A stretch of 64,000 bases of DNA from Akkermansia sp. (GTDB taxonomy: Bacteria > Verrucomicrobiota > Verrucomicrobiia > Verrucomicrobiales > Akkermansiaceae). Below are positions 1 through 9,871 of this stretch, in pieces. The DNA is taken from the NCBI GenBank assembly GCA_044433085.1, contig JAWXTZ010000001.1, positions 53,918 to 117,917 of the forward strand. Reading direction: 5' to 3'. Below the pieces are notes generated by a model, which ran no database searches, had not been told where the DNA came from, and worked only from the letters and a program-made list of their open reading frames with translations. Within the stretch, counting starts at the first letter, position 1, and every line of letters begins with the position of its first letter. Both the position numbers and the translations under genes were made by a program.

Positions 1-1
1 T

Positions 2-106
2 GGGCTTTGTTACTTATTGGCGAGTTACCTCTTCCGCGTGCCGGAATTGATGCTCTTCCTCAACCGTATCCTGAAGCGTCAAGCGGCAGAGCTTGATGAG
101 AAATGA
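2..106 (+). CDS. 3' end of a membrane protein, possibly lipid II flippase MurJ (partial)
   Basis: Frame 2 reads GLCYLLASYLFRVPELMLFLNRILKRQAAELDEK*; a hydrophobic helix followed by 'RVPEL' resembles MurJ C-termini; only 34 aa visible. Confidence 0.4.
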   Translation, partial: GLCYLLASYLFRVPELMLFLNRILKRQAAELDEK

Positions 107-112
107 TAGATC

Positions 113-799
113 ATGAAATCCTTTGTCTTTGCGACTGCCTTAGCAGTCTGTTGCACTAGTAGCTTGGTTCAAGCGGTCGATGTTATTTTAGCTGGGGGTG
201 TTGCCCTTCGTCAGTGGGAGGAGCTGCGCGGACCGCAGGCCCACGATCGTTGGTGGGCTAACTTCATCCGAGCTTCCACCATGCACATGGCAAGATTGCG
301 CGCCAAAGACGCCAAGGCGCGCATCACGTGGATTGTTTATCAACCCGCCTACGCTGCACGAGGCAAGGCCGATGGCAAGCCCTACGTCGCGTGGATTGAG
401 GATAACGCCAAGCGTTATGGTGCCGAACTGGTCTGGTTCCGCACGAGTGAAGAGATGTACCGCGCCATCAATAACACCCCTCGGGGTAAGGATAAAGTGA
501 AGAGCTTTTACTACTTTGGTCACTCCAACGCCTATGCCTTCATGCTGGATTACAGCTGTGATATCATCGGTGTTTCCAAGGTCTGGATTCACCAGTCCGA
601 TTTAGCCAAATACATCAATCCCGCTATTTTTGCGCCCCAAGCAGATTGCTGGAGCTTTGGTTGCTACACAGGCAACAGCATGAGTAAGGTATGGAAGGCT
701 AGCTTTGGCGTCTCGCTGTGGGGGAATACGGAAGCAACGCGCTACCAACCGCTCTCTTCGGGTCGCATGCCCGAGGGTAATGGTAAATGGGTTGATTAA
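113..799 (+). CDS. Secreted hypothetical protein with a possible caspase/hemoglobinase-fold His-Cys dyad
   Basis: Signal peptide (AVCCTSSLVQA); motifs YYFGHS and WSFGCYTG about 47 aa apart. Confidence 0.6.
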   Translation: MKSFVFATALAVCCTSSLVQAVDVILAGGVALRQWEELRGPQAHDRWWANFIRASTMHMARLRAKDAKARITWIVYQPAYAARGKADGKPYVAWIEDNAKRYGAELVWFRTSEEMYRAINNTPRGKDKVKSFYYFGHSNAYAFMLDYSCDIIGVSKVWIHQSDLAKYINPAIFAPQADCWSFGCYTGNSMSKVWKASFGVSLWGNTEATRYQPLSSGRMPEGNGKWVD

Positions 800-883
800 G
801 GGAACCTCTAGCAATTGGTATTAGACCCAGTGGCACTGTTGTCGCTGATTGGCACCAATTTGCAGCGTTCGTGTCGCCAATTA

Positions 884-2116
884 TTAGCCCCTGTACTTCG
901 CGCGGTGGTGAAGGAAAATCGCGTAGATGATGCCCACGACATTGGGCAGCCACAGGATGATGTGGGGTGCAATACCCGCTGATTTGCGCGAAATCTCGCA
1001 GAAGACGAGGGCGAGGAAGTAGAAGGCTGCCACCAGAATCCCCAAGGCAAAGCCTGTCGATGTGTCGCGTCGGCGAGCTGTGATGGCAAGGGGAACGCCA
1101 ATCAGCGCGAAGACGATGCAGGCGCAAGAGAAGGATGCGCGCTTGCTCTTTTCAGTCAAGAAGGAACGCTCATATTTGACGGTCATGCCCTTGCAGATGT
1201 GATTGTACTCGGCGTAAGCCGTATTCCACAGGATGTCAGCGGCAGGGAAGCTTGGCTTGCTTTTTTGATGTTCCTTCTCTTGTCGCATCTCTTCACCTTC
1301 AATTTGCTTCGTCAAATCGAATTGCGCCATGATTTCGGTGATCTCACCATTGGTGAAGCGGTTGGCCTTGATGCGTCGCTTGGTGCTCGCGGGGATGTTG
1401 ACTTGGATGGGCATACTTTCGATGAGCGGCATGGAAGTCGTCTGGCTATCATCCTCGTGCTCAATGGTCGCATTGGTGAGTTGGAAGTTGAGCATGCGTG
1501 TGTATGGGTCAAAGTCAGACACGGTGGCTTGCTCTGCATGTAGGGCTTTGAAGTCGAGGATACTGACGCCATCTTCATCAAGGATGGGGTAGACGTGAAG
1601 TCCGTGAAGTACATCGCCCTGTCGTGATTCAATGTAGAGATTGACCTTGTCAATCTTGACGGCATTTTGGCTGCGCCCCAGCAAGTTCTTGGGGTTATCC
1701 ATGGCGGCGCGGAGGATGAGGTCACTCATCGCTTGCTTACCCTTAGGGGCCACTTCGATGTTGATGTAGTAGCACAAGCCAGCCAGCGCGAGACCCAGAC
1801 CAATAGCAGGGGCACTTAAACGCCACAGGGTTAAGCCAGCCATGCGCATGGATGTTAACTCATTGTCAGCAGCCAAACGACCGTAGACAAGCAGGACTGC
1901 GGTTAAGAAGCCCCATGGCACGGAGAAGGTGAGGGAGAAGGGGATGACCTGCATGATGAACTCCAACACAATCGTGGGTGGTGCCCCACTATCAACGAGT
2001 AGGGTTTGGAGCTCTTTAAAGATTTGACCGAGCAAAAGCAATGAAGTCAGCGAAATCACCCCAATGAGGGTGACGCTGATGAGTTGTCGCAGGATGTAGC
2101 GATCGAGGGTCTTCAT
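884..2116 (-). CDS. LptF/LptG family LPS export permease
   Basis: MKTLDRYILRQ start, GRLAADNELTSMRMAG motif, C-terminal LIGVPLAI...WLPNV helices. Confidence 0.9.
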   Translation of the reverse strand: MKTLDRYILRQLISVTLIGVISLTSLLLLGQIFKELQTLLVDSGAPPTIVLEFIMQVIPFSLTFSVPWGFLTAVLLVYGRLAADNELTSMRMAGLTLWRLSAPAIGLGLALAGLCYYINIEVAPKGKQAMSDLILRAAMDNPKNLLGRSQNAVKIDKVNLYIESRQGDVLHGLHVYPILDEDGVSILDFKALHAEQATVSDFDPYTRMLNFQLTNATIEHEDDSQTTSMPLIESMPIQVNIPASTKRRIKANRFTNGEITEIMAQFDLTKQIEGEEMRQEKEHQKSKPSFPAADILWNTAYAEYNHICKGMTVKYERSFLTEKSKRASFSCACIVFALIGVPLAITARRRDTSTGFALGILVAAFYFLALVFCEISRKSAGIAPHIILWLPNVVGIIYAIFLHHRAKYRG

Positions 2117-2134
2117 GGCTTCGGTGCTCGTGTG

Positions 2135-2758
2135 TTAGAGTTTTAAGAAGTTGCTCAGCAGTTCCAGACCCAGCTTTTGGCTTTTTTCTGGGTGGAATTG
2201 AGTGGCGACAAGCTTGCCTTTGCGAATGGCTGCGGCAAAGTTGTCTGCGTAGTCGCAGCGTGCGGCAATCAGGCTTTCATCCGCTGGTTCGGGGAAGAAG
2301 GAGTGGACAAAGTAGAATTGGGGCTCTTCCTGCATCCCTGTCCAAATGGGGTCATCAGCCTTGCTCAGATGGATGGGGTTCCACCCCATGTGGGGGATTT
2401 TGAGCCCAACATCGCTGAAGCGTCGGACCTTGCCCTTGAAGATGCCAAGTCCTGCTGCTTCGGGGCTCTCTTCGCTGCATTCAAAGAGAATTTGGTAGCC
2501 GATGCAGATGCCGAGGAAGGGTTTGTCAGCTGCAATCCAGCTAGTGATGGCGCTGTCGAGTCCTTGCGCACGAAGGGCGCGGGAGCAGTCGCCAAAGGCG
2601 CCCACACCGGGGAGAACAAGGTGGGTGATACCCTCCAAATCAGCGGGACTGCGGACGATGCGACCTTCCTCGCCTGCTGCGAGCAGGGAGTTGCGTACAC
2701 TTTGCAGGTTGCCTGCACCGTAGTCGATGATGCCTAAACAAGTCATGGTCTTAGTCAA
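2135..2758 (-). CDS. hisH: Imidazole glycerol phosphate synthase glutaminase subunit
   Basis: IIDYGAGNL, LPGVGAF, GICIG, PHMGWN, YFVHS, QFHPEKS. Confidence 0.97.
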   Translation of the reverse strand: MTKTMTCLGIIDYGAGNLQSVRNSLLAAGEEGRIVRSPADLEGITHLVLPGVGAFGDCSRALRAQGLDSAITSWIAADKPFLGICIGYQILFECSEESPEAAGLGIFKGKVRRFSDVGLKIPHMGWNPIHLSKADDPIWTGMQEEPQFYFVHSFFPEPADESLIAARCDYADNFAAAIRKGKLVATQFHPEKSQKLGLELLSNFLKL

Positions 2759-3346
2759 TTAGATGATACCCTTGGTGGAGGGGATGAGACCTGCTTGGCG
2801 TGGGTCTTGCTCCATGGCGACGCGCAGGGTGCGGGCAATGCTTTTGAAGATGCCTTCGATGATGTGGTGCCCATCGCGACCATAGAAGACTTCGATGTGC
2901 AGGTTGCAGCGCAGGTTATTTGTCAGGGCGCGGCAGAATTCTTCCACTAGACTCAAGGGCATGTTGGGGGCATCAGGTGCGCCTGCGGGGATTCGCAGCT
3001 CCAAGTAGGGGCGGTTGGAAAGGTCGATGACGCAGCGGACGAGGGTTTCATCCATGGGCACATAGCTCATGCCATAGCGGTTGATGCCGCGCTTTTCACC
3101 TAGGGCGCGGGCAATGCATTCTCCAATGGCGATGCCGGTATCTTCGATGGTGTGGTGGGCGTCTACCTCCAAATCACCCTTGACATCAAGATTGATATTC
3201 ATGAGGCTGTGACGTGCTAAAAGGTTGAGCATGTGGTCAAAGAAGGGGTGCCCCGTCGAAATGGCGGCACATCCTGTGCCATCCAGTTGAAGTTCGAGGG
3301 CGATGTCGGTCTCGCCGGTAGTGCGTTTGCAGGATGCGGTTCTCAT
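2759..3346 (-). CDS. hisB: Imidazoleglycerol-phosphate dehydratase
   Basis: RTTGETDI, FFDHML, DAHHTIED, PMDE, HHIIEGIFK, PSTKG. Confidence 0.97.
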   Translation of the reverse strand: MRTASCKRTTGETDIALELQLDGTGCAAISTGHPFFDHMLNLLARHSLMNINLDVKGDLEVDAHHTIEDTGIAIGECIARALGEKRGINRYGMSYVPMDETLVRCVIDLSNRPYLELRIPAGAPDAPNMPLSLVEEFCRALTNNLRCNLHIEVFYGRDGHHIIEGIFKSIARTLRVAMEQDPRQAGLIPSTKGII

Positions 3347-3421
3347 GAATCTAATCAGTTGTTGTAAGGATTATATCAGGTTTGGGGGGGCTTGCCAATG
3401 GTAAAGACCAGCGGTGTTAGC

Positions 3422-5317
3422 TTAGTTGCTGCGCAGCTTGGCGATGACATCATCAGCACTGATGCTTGTAAGGCAGTGCTGCGATGCTGAGCAACTTGTT
3501 TGGTAGCAGGGGTGGCAGTTGGCGTGTTTGTAGATGATCTTGCTGGCGGGCAACCATGGTGCATAGCGCTTTGCCAAGCGGCTGGCCATGAAGATGCTTG
3601 TGGGTGCCCCATAGAGTGCGGCTAACTGGGTCAGGCTACCATCCACCCCGATGAGTGGGGTTTGGAGCCCGACTTGCTGCTTGAGCGATGCAGGAGTTGT
3701 GATGCAGCAGTCTATGTTTAGCTCATGGGCAAGGAGTTGGGCTTCCTGCTGGTGCTCTTCTAGGGCGAGGAGTTGGCAGCTGCCTAGTTGGGCGACAAGC
3801 TCCTTCCAGTGCTCTTGGGGCCAGCTATCGCAGGTGCCGATGGTTGAGAAGGGGGCGATGAAGGTGATGGCTTGCTTGGATTCGCCTTGGGCTAGCGCGC
3901 AGGTGAACTCTTGTTCCTTGAAGGCGAGTTGATGTTTGGTGCGCAGCAGATTCAGGTAGTCCTTGTAGCGGTGCTGGGCAGGACCTGTATGGCTTTCGCT
4001 GAGGTGGTAGTTGAATTTTTTGCTCAGTGGGTTTTCGGTGAAACCACTGACATTGATGATGCCCTGCTGGCGGACAGCAGATAAGACGGCTTTGTCCTTG
4101 CTCCACATGAAGAGGTAGTCGAAGGGACCATCCTTGTAGATTTCATCAGCTTCTAACTGCGAGCGCATGCTGGTGGAGCCATCGCTGCTTAGCACGTGGC
4201 TGGCCAGCTCGCTCTGTTGCCAGAAGGCTTGCTGAGCTTCTGGGCAGATGAGGATGAGTTGGGCATCAAAGCGGCATGCCTTGAGTACGCGTAGGGCTGG
4301 GATGCAGCAGAGCGATTCCTCTAACTGTTCGGGCAGGGCGACTAGGATGCGGAAGGGAAGTCGGGTGTGCGCAGCGGCAAGCTCGGCAACACCATCGGGC
4401 TGCTCGGGCGCAATGGACTCACGGCTCTTCCAGCGGTGGTGCATCCAAAAGCCGTCCAGAATGTTTTCCGATTGGCAACGCTCTAAGGCTTGATTGATGC
4501 TAATGGTGTTGGCCGCCATTTGGTTGATGCTATTCTTCTCAAACTCAATGGTACGATCCATCACGGCATCCCACTTGCCGAGTCCGCGGTTGCGGGTGAA
4601 GACGGAGAATGCTGTGACGCGTCCGCGACGATCTCTCATCTTCAGCAAGCTGGGCAGGGGCGTTGTGCCCGTTACTTTGCCAAAGTAGGGTACGTAGAGC
4701 CCCTGAATGGTATATTGGTCACTCAAAATACCCAGCAGACCCCCATTGCTGGACAGGCGGATGGCTTGCTTGACATCCTTTTCTTTGGAGAACATTTCAC
4801 AGCCGAATTTGGTGCGGCAGTTGTAGACGATTTCCTCCAAGGCGGGGTTGCTCATGCGGCGGTACATGGAGCCAAAGTGCTCGACCTTGGTAAATAGAGG
4901 GCGGATGCGAGCCAGTACCTCCCAGTTACCAGCATGGGGGATGCAGGCTAAACCTGTGCGCCCCTCGCTACCAGCGTCTTCAAAGACCTCCTTGCCCACG
5001 ACTCGAATGGATTTTTCCATCTCTTCGGGACTCATGATGCCGACCTTGAGGGCACAGGCAAAGTTCATGCATGTCAGGAAGATGTTCTTGCGAACTAAGG
5101 GGCGAAGCTGCTTAGGACGAAGATTGGGGTCGATGACAATGCGCAAATTGCGTGCGACGATTTGTCGCCGCTCCGCAAATAGCAGCCATGTTAGAAGCCC
5201 CACACCCAAGCCGATGATGGCGACAATTTTGACGTGCGTATGCGCCAACACCCACAAGACGAACTGGTAGAGTTTGGCGGTGACGCGCTGTCCTAAGCTA
5301 GCTGTTGAATCGCTCAT
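3422..5317 (-). CDS. Lipid A acyltransferase (LpxL/HtrB-like) fused to a GT9 heptosyltransferase-like domain
   Basis: HAGNWE, LSDQ, VPYFG, FWMHHRWK in the N-half; C-half has a GT9 layout (WPQEHWKEL, C-terminal CHPC...C...CL..IS.DDV). Confidence 0.8.
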   Translation of the reverse strand: MSDSTASLGQRVTAKLYQFVLWVLAHTHVKIVAIIGLGVGLLTWLLFAERRQIVARNLRIVIDPNLRPKQLRPLVRKNIFLTCMNFACALKVGIMSPEEMEKSIRVVGKEVFEDAGSEGRTGLACIPHAGNWEVLARIRPLFTKVEHFGSMYRRMSNPALEEIVYNCRTKFGCEMFSKEKDVKQAIRLSSNGGLLGILSDQYTIQGLYVPYFGKVTGTTPLPSLLKMRDRRGRVTAFSVFTRNRGLGKWDAVMDRTIEFEKNSINQMAANTISINQALERCQSENILDGFWMHHRWKSRESIAPEQPDGVAELAAAHTRLPFRILVALPEQLEESLCCIPALRVLKACRFDAQLILICPEAQQAFWQQSELASHVLSSDGSTSMRSQLEADEIYKDGPFDYLFMWSKDKAVLSAVRQQGIINVSGFTENPLSKKFNYHLSESHTGPAQHRYKDYLNLLRTKHQLAFKEQEFTCALAQGESKQAITFIAPFSTIGTCDSWPQEHWKELVAQLGSCQLLALEEHQQEAQLLAHELNIDCCITTPASLKQQVGLQTPLIGVDGSLTQLAALYGAPTSIFMASRLAKRYAPWLPASKIIYKHANCHPCYQTSCSASQHCLTSISADDVIAKLRSN

Positions 5318-5350
5318 CGAGATGATGGCTCAGAGAGCCCTTTGGGGGTC

Positions 5351-5755
5351 TTAGTTGATGGTGTGTACGCGTGTGATGTAGAATGGTTTGCGTGTGTAGG
5401 GGTCCCAGACCTTGGTGCCGCCACTAAGTCCCTTGTAGCTCAATTGATGGTAGGGATGATAGGGGGATACTAGGACATCGCTAAACTCGGAGGTAAAGCA
5501 GTAGGGAATGCCGTCTTCCGCATACTCGATGCTTGTATTTTTAAGCAGGTTTTGGGGGGTGGGCAGGGCATTGGGGTCAGCGGAGAGCCATTTGTTGCTG
5601 GCGGGTTTGCCGTTGACATCCTGAATGACGGCAGGTGGGAGTTCCCCTGGGTATTCGTTGCGGATGAATACCTCCACCGCTTGCTGAATGAGGCAAGAGG
5701 AGCAGAGGCAAGCGAGGGCTGATGCTGCAATTAGTGGTAGAATATGGTGTTTCAT
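5351..5755 (-). CDS. Hypothetical lipoprotein
   Basis: Lipobox-like LCSSC; C-terminal VSPY...GTKVWDPYTRKPF motif recalled from verrucomicrobial lipoproteins. Confidence 0.65.
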   Translation of the reverse strand: MKHHILPLIAASALACLCSSCLIQQAVEVFIRNEYPGELPPAVIQDVNGKPASNKWLSADPNALPTPQNLLKNTSIEYAEDGIPYCFTSEFSDVLVSPYHPYHQLSYKGLSGGTKVWDPYTRKPFYITRVHTIN

Positions 5756-5760
5756 AAATA

Positions 5761-6594
5761 TTAGTTGTTGCTAGAAAATAGTTTTTGATTAGGTGGGGAT
5801 AATTGAAGGATACCCTGCCCCTTATCGTCAATGCTGAATTCGGGGAGGTAGCCTCGTTCTTCAACGAGTTCTTGAAGTTCTGGGTGGATGTGGACAAGCC
5901 GCTTGAGCGCAGGAATCATCATCTGCATGAATCGCTCGGGAATGGCGAGGGAGCCGATGGCTCCTCCACGTGGAAATTGGTTAAAGATGGGTTCTCCCCC
6001 TCGCAGCTGGCAGCGGATGGTGCTGTAGTCTGACGCCTCTACGCGTTGGAAGCTGAGGTTGACGGCAATCGTGTGGTGAAAATCAATACCGAGCATGCGG
6101 TCGATGATTAGGGACGCGTAGCCATCATTGATGTCAATCATGATGCTTTCTGGGTGGGCGAGGATGGAGTAGCCGCCTTGTTGCAATAAACTGCATTTTT
6201 GCTCAAGGTGGCGGTTGAGTTCATCTTCGGTGAAGGTGATGGGGGAACCCTTGCTCTCTTCGATGCGTTGGGCGAGATTGGGCGCAGCTTCTGCGGATAA
6301 TCGGCTCTCCTGATTGGTGTGTGGCTGAGCAATCCACATCAGCGTGCAGGGGTAGGCAATGAGTAGGAAGATGGCTACGTAGAGGATGCACGATAAAATG
6401 CTCCAGTAGGGAATGTCGAAGGGCTCCTTGTCGGGTTCCTCTATTTCGGCTGGTTCTGCCCCATCTTCATACATGGGGGCAGAGACATTTTTTTTGAAGG
6501 GGCCGTGCTTTTGGTACGACTTGACGACGCGCTGCCAAATGTTACCCTTGTCAGCTCGTGGCGTATTCCTCAATTTGTTTTGTCGACCAGACAT
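5761..6594 (-). CDS. Hypothetical single-pass membrane protein
   Basis: 277-aa ORF in operon context with one TM segment (YWSILSCILYVAIFLLIAY). Confidence 0.65.
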   Translation of the reverse strand: MSGRQNKLRNTPRADKGNIWQRVVKSYQKHGPFKKNVSAPMYEDGAEPAEIEEPDKEPFDIPYWSILSCILYVAIFLLIAYPCTLMWIAQPHTNQESRLSAEAAPNLAQRIEESKGSPITFTEDELNRHLEQKCSLLQQGGYSILAHPESIMIDINDGYASLIIDRMLGIDFHHTIAVNLSFQRVEASDYSTIRCQLRGGEPIFNQFPRGGAIGSLAIPERFMQMMIPALKRLVHIHPELQELVEERGYLPEFSIDDKGQGILQLSPPNQKLFSSNN

Positions 6595-6664
6595 CTTCTA
6601 CTAGGCTGTAGTATACTCCATTGCTGTCGTCAGGGCAATTGAAAAACGCGTTTGTGCGTCATTA

Positions 6665-7567
6665 TCAGGGTATTTGTAAAGCCCAGTTGATGTACTTGAT
6701 GCTTTCTCCCCAGATTTTGGCATTGGAACTCCCCAGCGCGACCACGATAACAGCATAGGGACCCACGTTGGCGCAGGAGATGAGGCACTTGCCCGCAGCA
6801 TTGGTGTAGCCTGTCTTCATGCCGGTGACATAGGGGTAGTTGTGGAGGAGTTTGTTGGTTGATTTGATGGTGCGTGAGCGACCATTATTCAGTTTGAAAC
6901 TGTAGGATTCTGTATTGATGCACTGGCGAATGACATTGTTGTTGTAGGCGTAGCAGGCGGCGATGGCCATATCGCGCGCGGTGGAATATTGCTGACCAGG
7001 CAAGCCGCTTGGGTTGGCAAAGTGGCTGTTGGTCATGCCCATCTTTTTGGCGCGCGCATTCATGCGGGCAACAAAGGCATTGACCGAGCCCCCCGTATCA
7101 CGCGCCAAGGTCATGGCGACATCATTGAAGCTGGAGGTGAGCATGGCTCGCAGCAAGTCGTAGCATTTGTAGCGGTCGCCAGCGGGTAAATCCATGCGGA
7201 TGCGGGGGACCTTGTGGTCGGCGGACTTGATGGTGATGGAACGACCGAGATTGCCCGCATCTGTCACGCAGAGGGCGGTCATGATTTTTTGCGTGCTGGC
7301 CACTTGTCGCCTTGTGTTGGCGTTGTGGGAGTAAAGGATGCGCCCCGTGCGCGGGTCGATGACACAAAGAGCCTTGCAGCTGGTGCTCGGCGCTGCTGTC
7401 GGTGGCGTGGGCAGCGGCTTCATGTTATTCAACATGCGAGGCGTTGGCGTCTTGTGCTGGGTCGATTGCGGTTCGGGCTTAAAGATTTGGTTGGAGTGCT
7501 CAATGCCGCCGCAGGACACAAGGAGGAGAGAGAAGATAAAGCTTAAGGCATAATTAAATCCGCGCAT
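6665..7567 (-). CDS. dacA: D-alanyl-D-alanine carboxypeptidase (peptidase S11), lipoprotein
   Basis: ASTQK (SxxK), SFN (SxN), KTG motifs; lipobox LVSC; start moved to MRGFNY. Confidence 0.88.
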   Translation of the reverse strand: MRGFNYALSFIFSLLLVSCGGIEHSNQIFKPEPQSTQHKTPTPRMLNNMKPLPTPPTAAPSTSCKALCVIDPRTGRILYSHNANTRRQVASTQKIMTALCVTDAGNLGRSITIKSADHKVPRIRMDLPAGDRYKCYDLLRAMLTSSFNDVAMTLARDTGGSVNAFVARMNARAKKMGMTNSHFANPSGLPGQQYSTARDMAIAACYAYNNNVIRQCINTESYSFKLNNGRSRTIKSTNKLLHNYPYVTGMKTGYTNAAGKCLISCANVGPYAVIVVALGSSNAKIWGESIKYINWALQIP

Positions 7568-7634
7568 GCGGTCAAGTCTACCTGATTTGACCTCTGTTTT
7601 CAAGGATAAAACTGGACTTGGTTTGAGCTTGGTT

Positions 7635-8765
7635 TTAGCTTAAGGTTCCCTTGATTTCAAAACGAGCACCTGGTAGGGCTTTGATAATGCCCTCAATTTG
7701 CATGCGCATCAGGTAACTGTTGAGTTCAAAGGCGGGCATGCCCAAGCTGGTGCAAAGGGCGTCAAGGCTGTCGTTGCCCTGCTCAATCGCTTGGCAAATG
7801 GTGGCAAATTCTCCATGGCTAGCAAGGAGCACTTTTTCCTTGGGGGCTTCGGTAAAGAGCTCCAACTGGCTGGGAGGCTTTGGCTGCCAAGGCATGTCTA
7901 CAAGAATGTCTTGGGGGGAGCTGGCTAGGATGGCTCCATCGCGGATGAGTTCATGGCAGCCGGCACTTGTGGCGCGGTCAATCCCAGCGGGGATGGCGAA
8001 GACGAGTCGTCCGTATTCATCCGCAGCCAGCCGTGCTGTGTGAAGGGAGCCACTGCGCAGCGGTGCCTCGACGACGAGGGTGCAGCTACTCCATGCCGCC
8101 ACGATGCGGTTGCGTTGCGGAAAGCTGGTGCGGCTAGGGCTCATCATCATGGGGAACTCGCTGACCACGGCACCGCCTTGCGCAATCATGCGGTCGGCTA
8201 GCTCGCGGTTTTCATCGGGGTAAAAACAGCCATGCCCCGAGCCGAGAACCCCGATGGTTGGGGCATTGGCATCCAAAGCCCCCCAATGCGCAGCCGCATC
8301 AATCCCCTTGGCTAGTCCTGAAATGATGCAGCATCCCGCATCCCCCAGCTCCCTTGCAAAACGACGTGCCGCATTTAAGCCATAGGGTGTTGCAAGACGT
8401 GAGCCGACTATCGCTACCGACTTGGGGTAGCTTTCACCAATCCAAGCACCCTTGACATAAAGGACGATGGGTGGGTCGTACATCTGGCGCAGGGCAGGTG
8501 GGTACTCGTCATCATTCAAGGTGACCCACCGAACGCCCATTTGCTCAGCGAGTTGTTGCTCCTGCTGCCAGTTGGTGCAGTTTTGCCAGTCGGCAATAAA
8601 ACTTGCCACCTTGGGGCCGATGCCCTTCACCTGCTGCAACATCGCCGCTGGGGCAGCAAGAACAAGCTCTGCCGAACCAAAGAAGGTGAGCAGAGCTTGA
8701 ATGCGAACCGAGCCCAGCCCCGGAATCAGGTTGAGAATAAACAGTGATTCGCGGGGGCTTGGCAT
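7635..8765 (-). CDS. dprA: DNA-processing protein DprA
   Basis: DPPIVLY, AIVGSR, ISGLAKGIDAAAH, FPQRNRIVA, VVEAP.RSGSL; C-terminal winged helix. Confidence 0.96.
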   Translation of the reverse strand: MPSPRESLFILNLIPGLGSVRIQALLTFFGSAELVLAAPAAMLQQVKGIGPKVASFIADWQNCTNWQQEQQLAEQMGVRWVTLNDDEYPPALRQMYDPPIVLYVKGAWIGESYPKSVAIVGSRLATPYGLNAARRFARELGDAGCCIISGLAKGIDAAAHWGALDANAPTIGVLGSGHGCFYPDENRELADRMIAQGGAVVSEFPMMMSPSRTSFPQRNRIVAAWSSCTLVVEAPLRSGSLHTARLAADEYGRLVFAIPAGIDRATSAGCHELIRDGAILASSPQDILVDMPWQPKPPSQLELFTEAPKEKVLLASHGEFATICQAIEQGNDSLDALCTSLGMPAFELNSYLMRMQIEGIIKALPGARFEIKGTLS

Positions 8766-8771
8766 GGGTGA

Positions 8772-9641
8772 TTATGATTCAACGGTGAAATCTAAGCCCA
8801 AGTCCAAGGATGGGACAGAGTGGGTCAGGCAGCCAAAGCTCATGAAGTCAACGCCTGTTTCAGCCGCGGCAGTAGCTGTCGCTGCGGTCAGACCGCCCGA
8901 GGCTTCAAAGTAAGGTTTTTCACGCTCACCACGCATGGCAACGGCTTGAGCCATTTGCTCGTTGGACATGTTATCAAGCAGAATGTAGTCCACACCGCGC
9001 AGTTCAAGGAAGGCGGCTACTTGGTCAAGGCGATCTGCCTCCAACTCAACTTCCACATGGGGCTTGTCGGCCTTGAGTTTGTCGATGCTGGCTTGCAAGT
9101 GGCTGGACTGGGCACCTGTCATCAAGTGATTGTCCTTCACCATGGCGCGGTCGTAAAGACCAAGGCGGTGATTTTGACCACCACCATGAACAACAGCTGC
9201 TTTTTCCAAAAGGCGATAACCGGGAGTTGTCTTGCGGGTATCAAGCAACTTGCAATTGGTGTGCTTGATGAGTTGGACATAACGATTGGTCATGCTAGCA
9301 ACCCCTGCGAGGCGTTGGATGAAGTTGAGGGCGGTGCGCTCGGCACCCAAGATGGATTGGGCCTTGCCTTCAATCAACATCACCGCATCACCGGGGACGA
9401 CAGCTTCGCCATCGGCCTTGATGATTTCGACACGAAGGGAAGGGTCAACCAGTTGAAAGACCTTAGCGGCTACTTCAACACCCGAGAGGACACCTACCTC
9501 GCGCGTGCGCATCAAGGCGCGCGCTTTCAAGTCAGGCGAGACAAAGTATTGGGATGTCACATCCCCATCACCAAAATCCTCATTCAGGGCTAATTGAACA
9601 AGTTCCTCCAAATTGTTTGACACGTTTGTTGTATGATTCAC
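8772..9641 (-). CDS. nadC: Nicotinate-nucleotide diphosphorylase (quinolinate PRTase)
   Basis: ED...GDVTS, ERTALN, DTRKTTPG, HRLGL.D..MVKDNH, LLDNM, EASGG. Confidence 0.97.
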   Translation of the reverse strand: MNHTTNVSNNLEELVQLALNEDFGDGDVTSQYFVSPDLKARALMRTREVGVLSGVEVAAKVFQLVDPSLRVEIIKADGEAVVPGDAVMLIEGKAQSILGAERTALNFIQRLAGVASMTNRYVQLIKHTNCKLLDTRKTTPGYRLLEKAAVVHGGGQNHRLGLYDRAMVKDNHLMTGAQSSHLQASIDKLKADKPHVEVELEADRLDQVAAFLELRGVDYILLDNMSNEQMAQAVAMRGEREKPYFEASGGLTAATATAAAETGVDFMSFGCLTHSVPSLDLGLDFTVES

Positions 9642-9871
9642 ATCTGTGACTATAAAATAGACGCAAATACTTGTAAAGACCTAAATACGTAAAGGCTCGC
9701 TTAAGTGCCTTTTGCTAGCAAAACCAAGCTGGGTATGGTGCGTCCCTAGGCACCATTTTCTTGTCCGCCCTCATCAGCCTCTGTTACGCTACAGGAACAA
9801 TTCAAGGGTACCTTCCAAAACTCATCACGCCTAATTTTGCAAGATACCCTAAATACCAAACAACGATTCCC

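Noticed and set aside
813-860. AATTGGT...ACCAATT inverted repeat between convergent genes
   Set aside because: Weak imperfect stem, best explained as an ordinary bidirectional terminator; too uncertain to annotate
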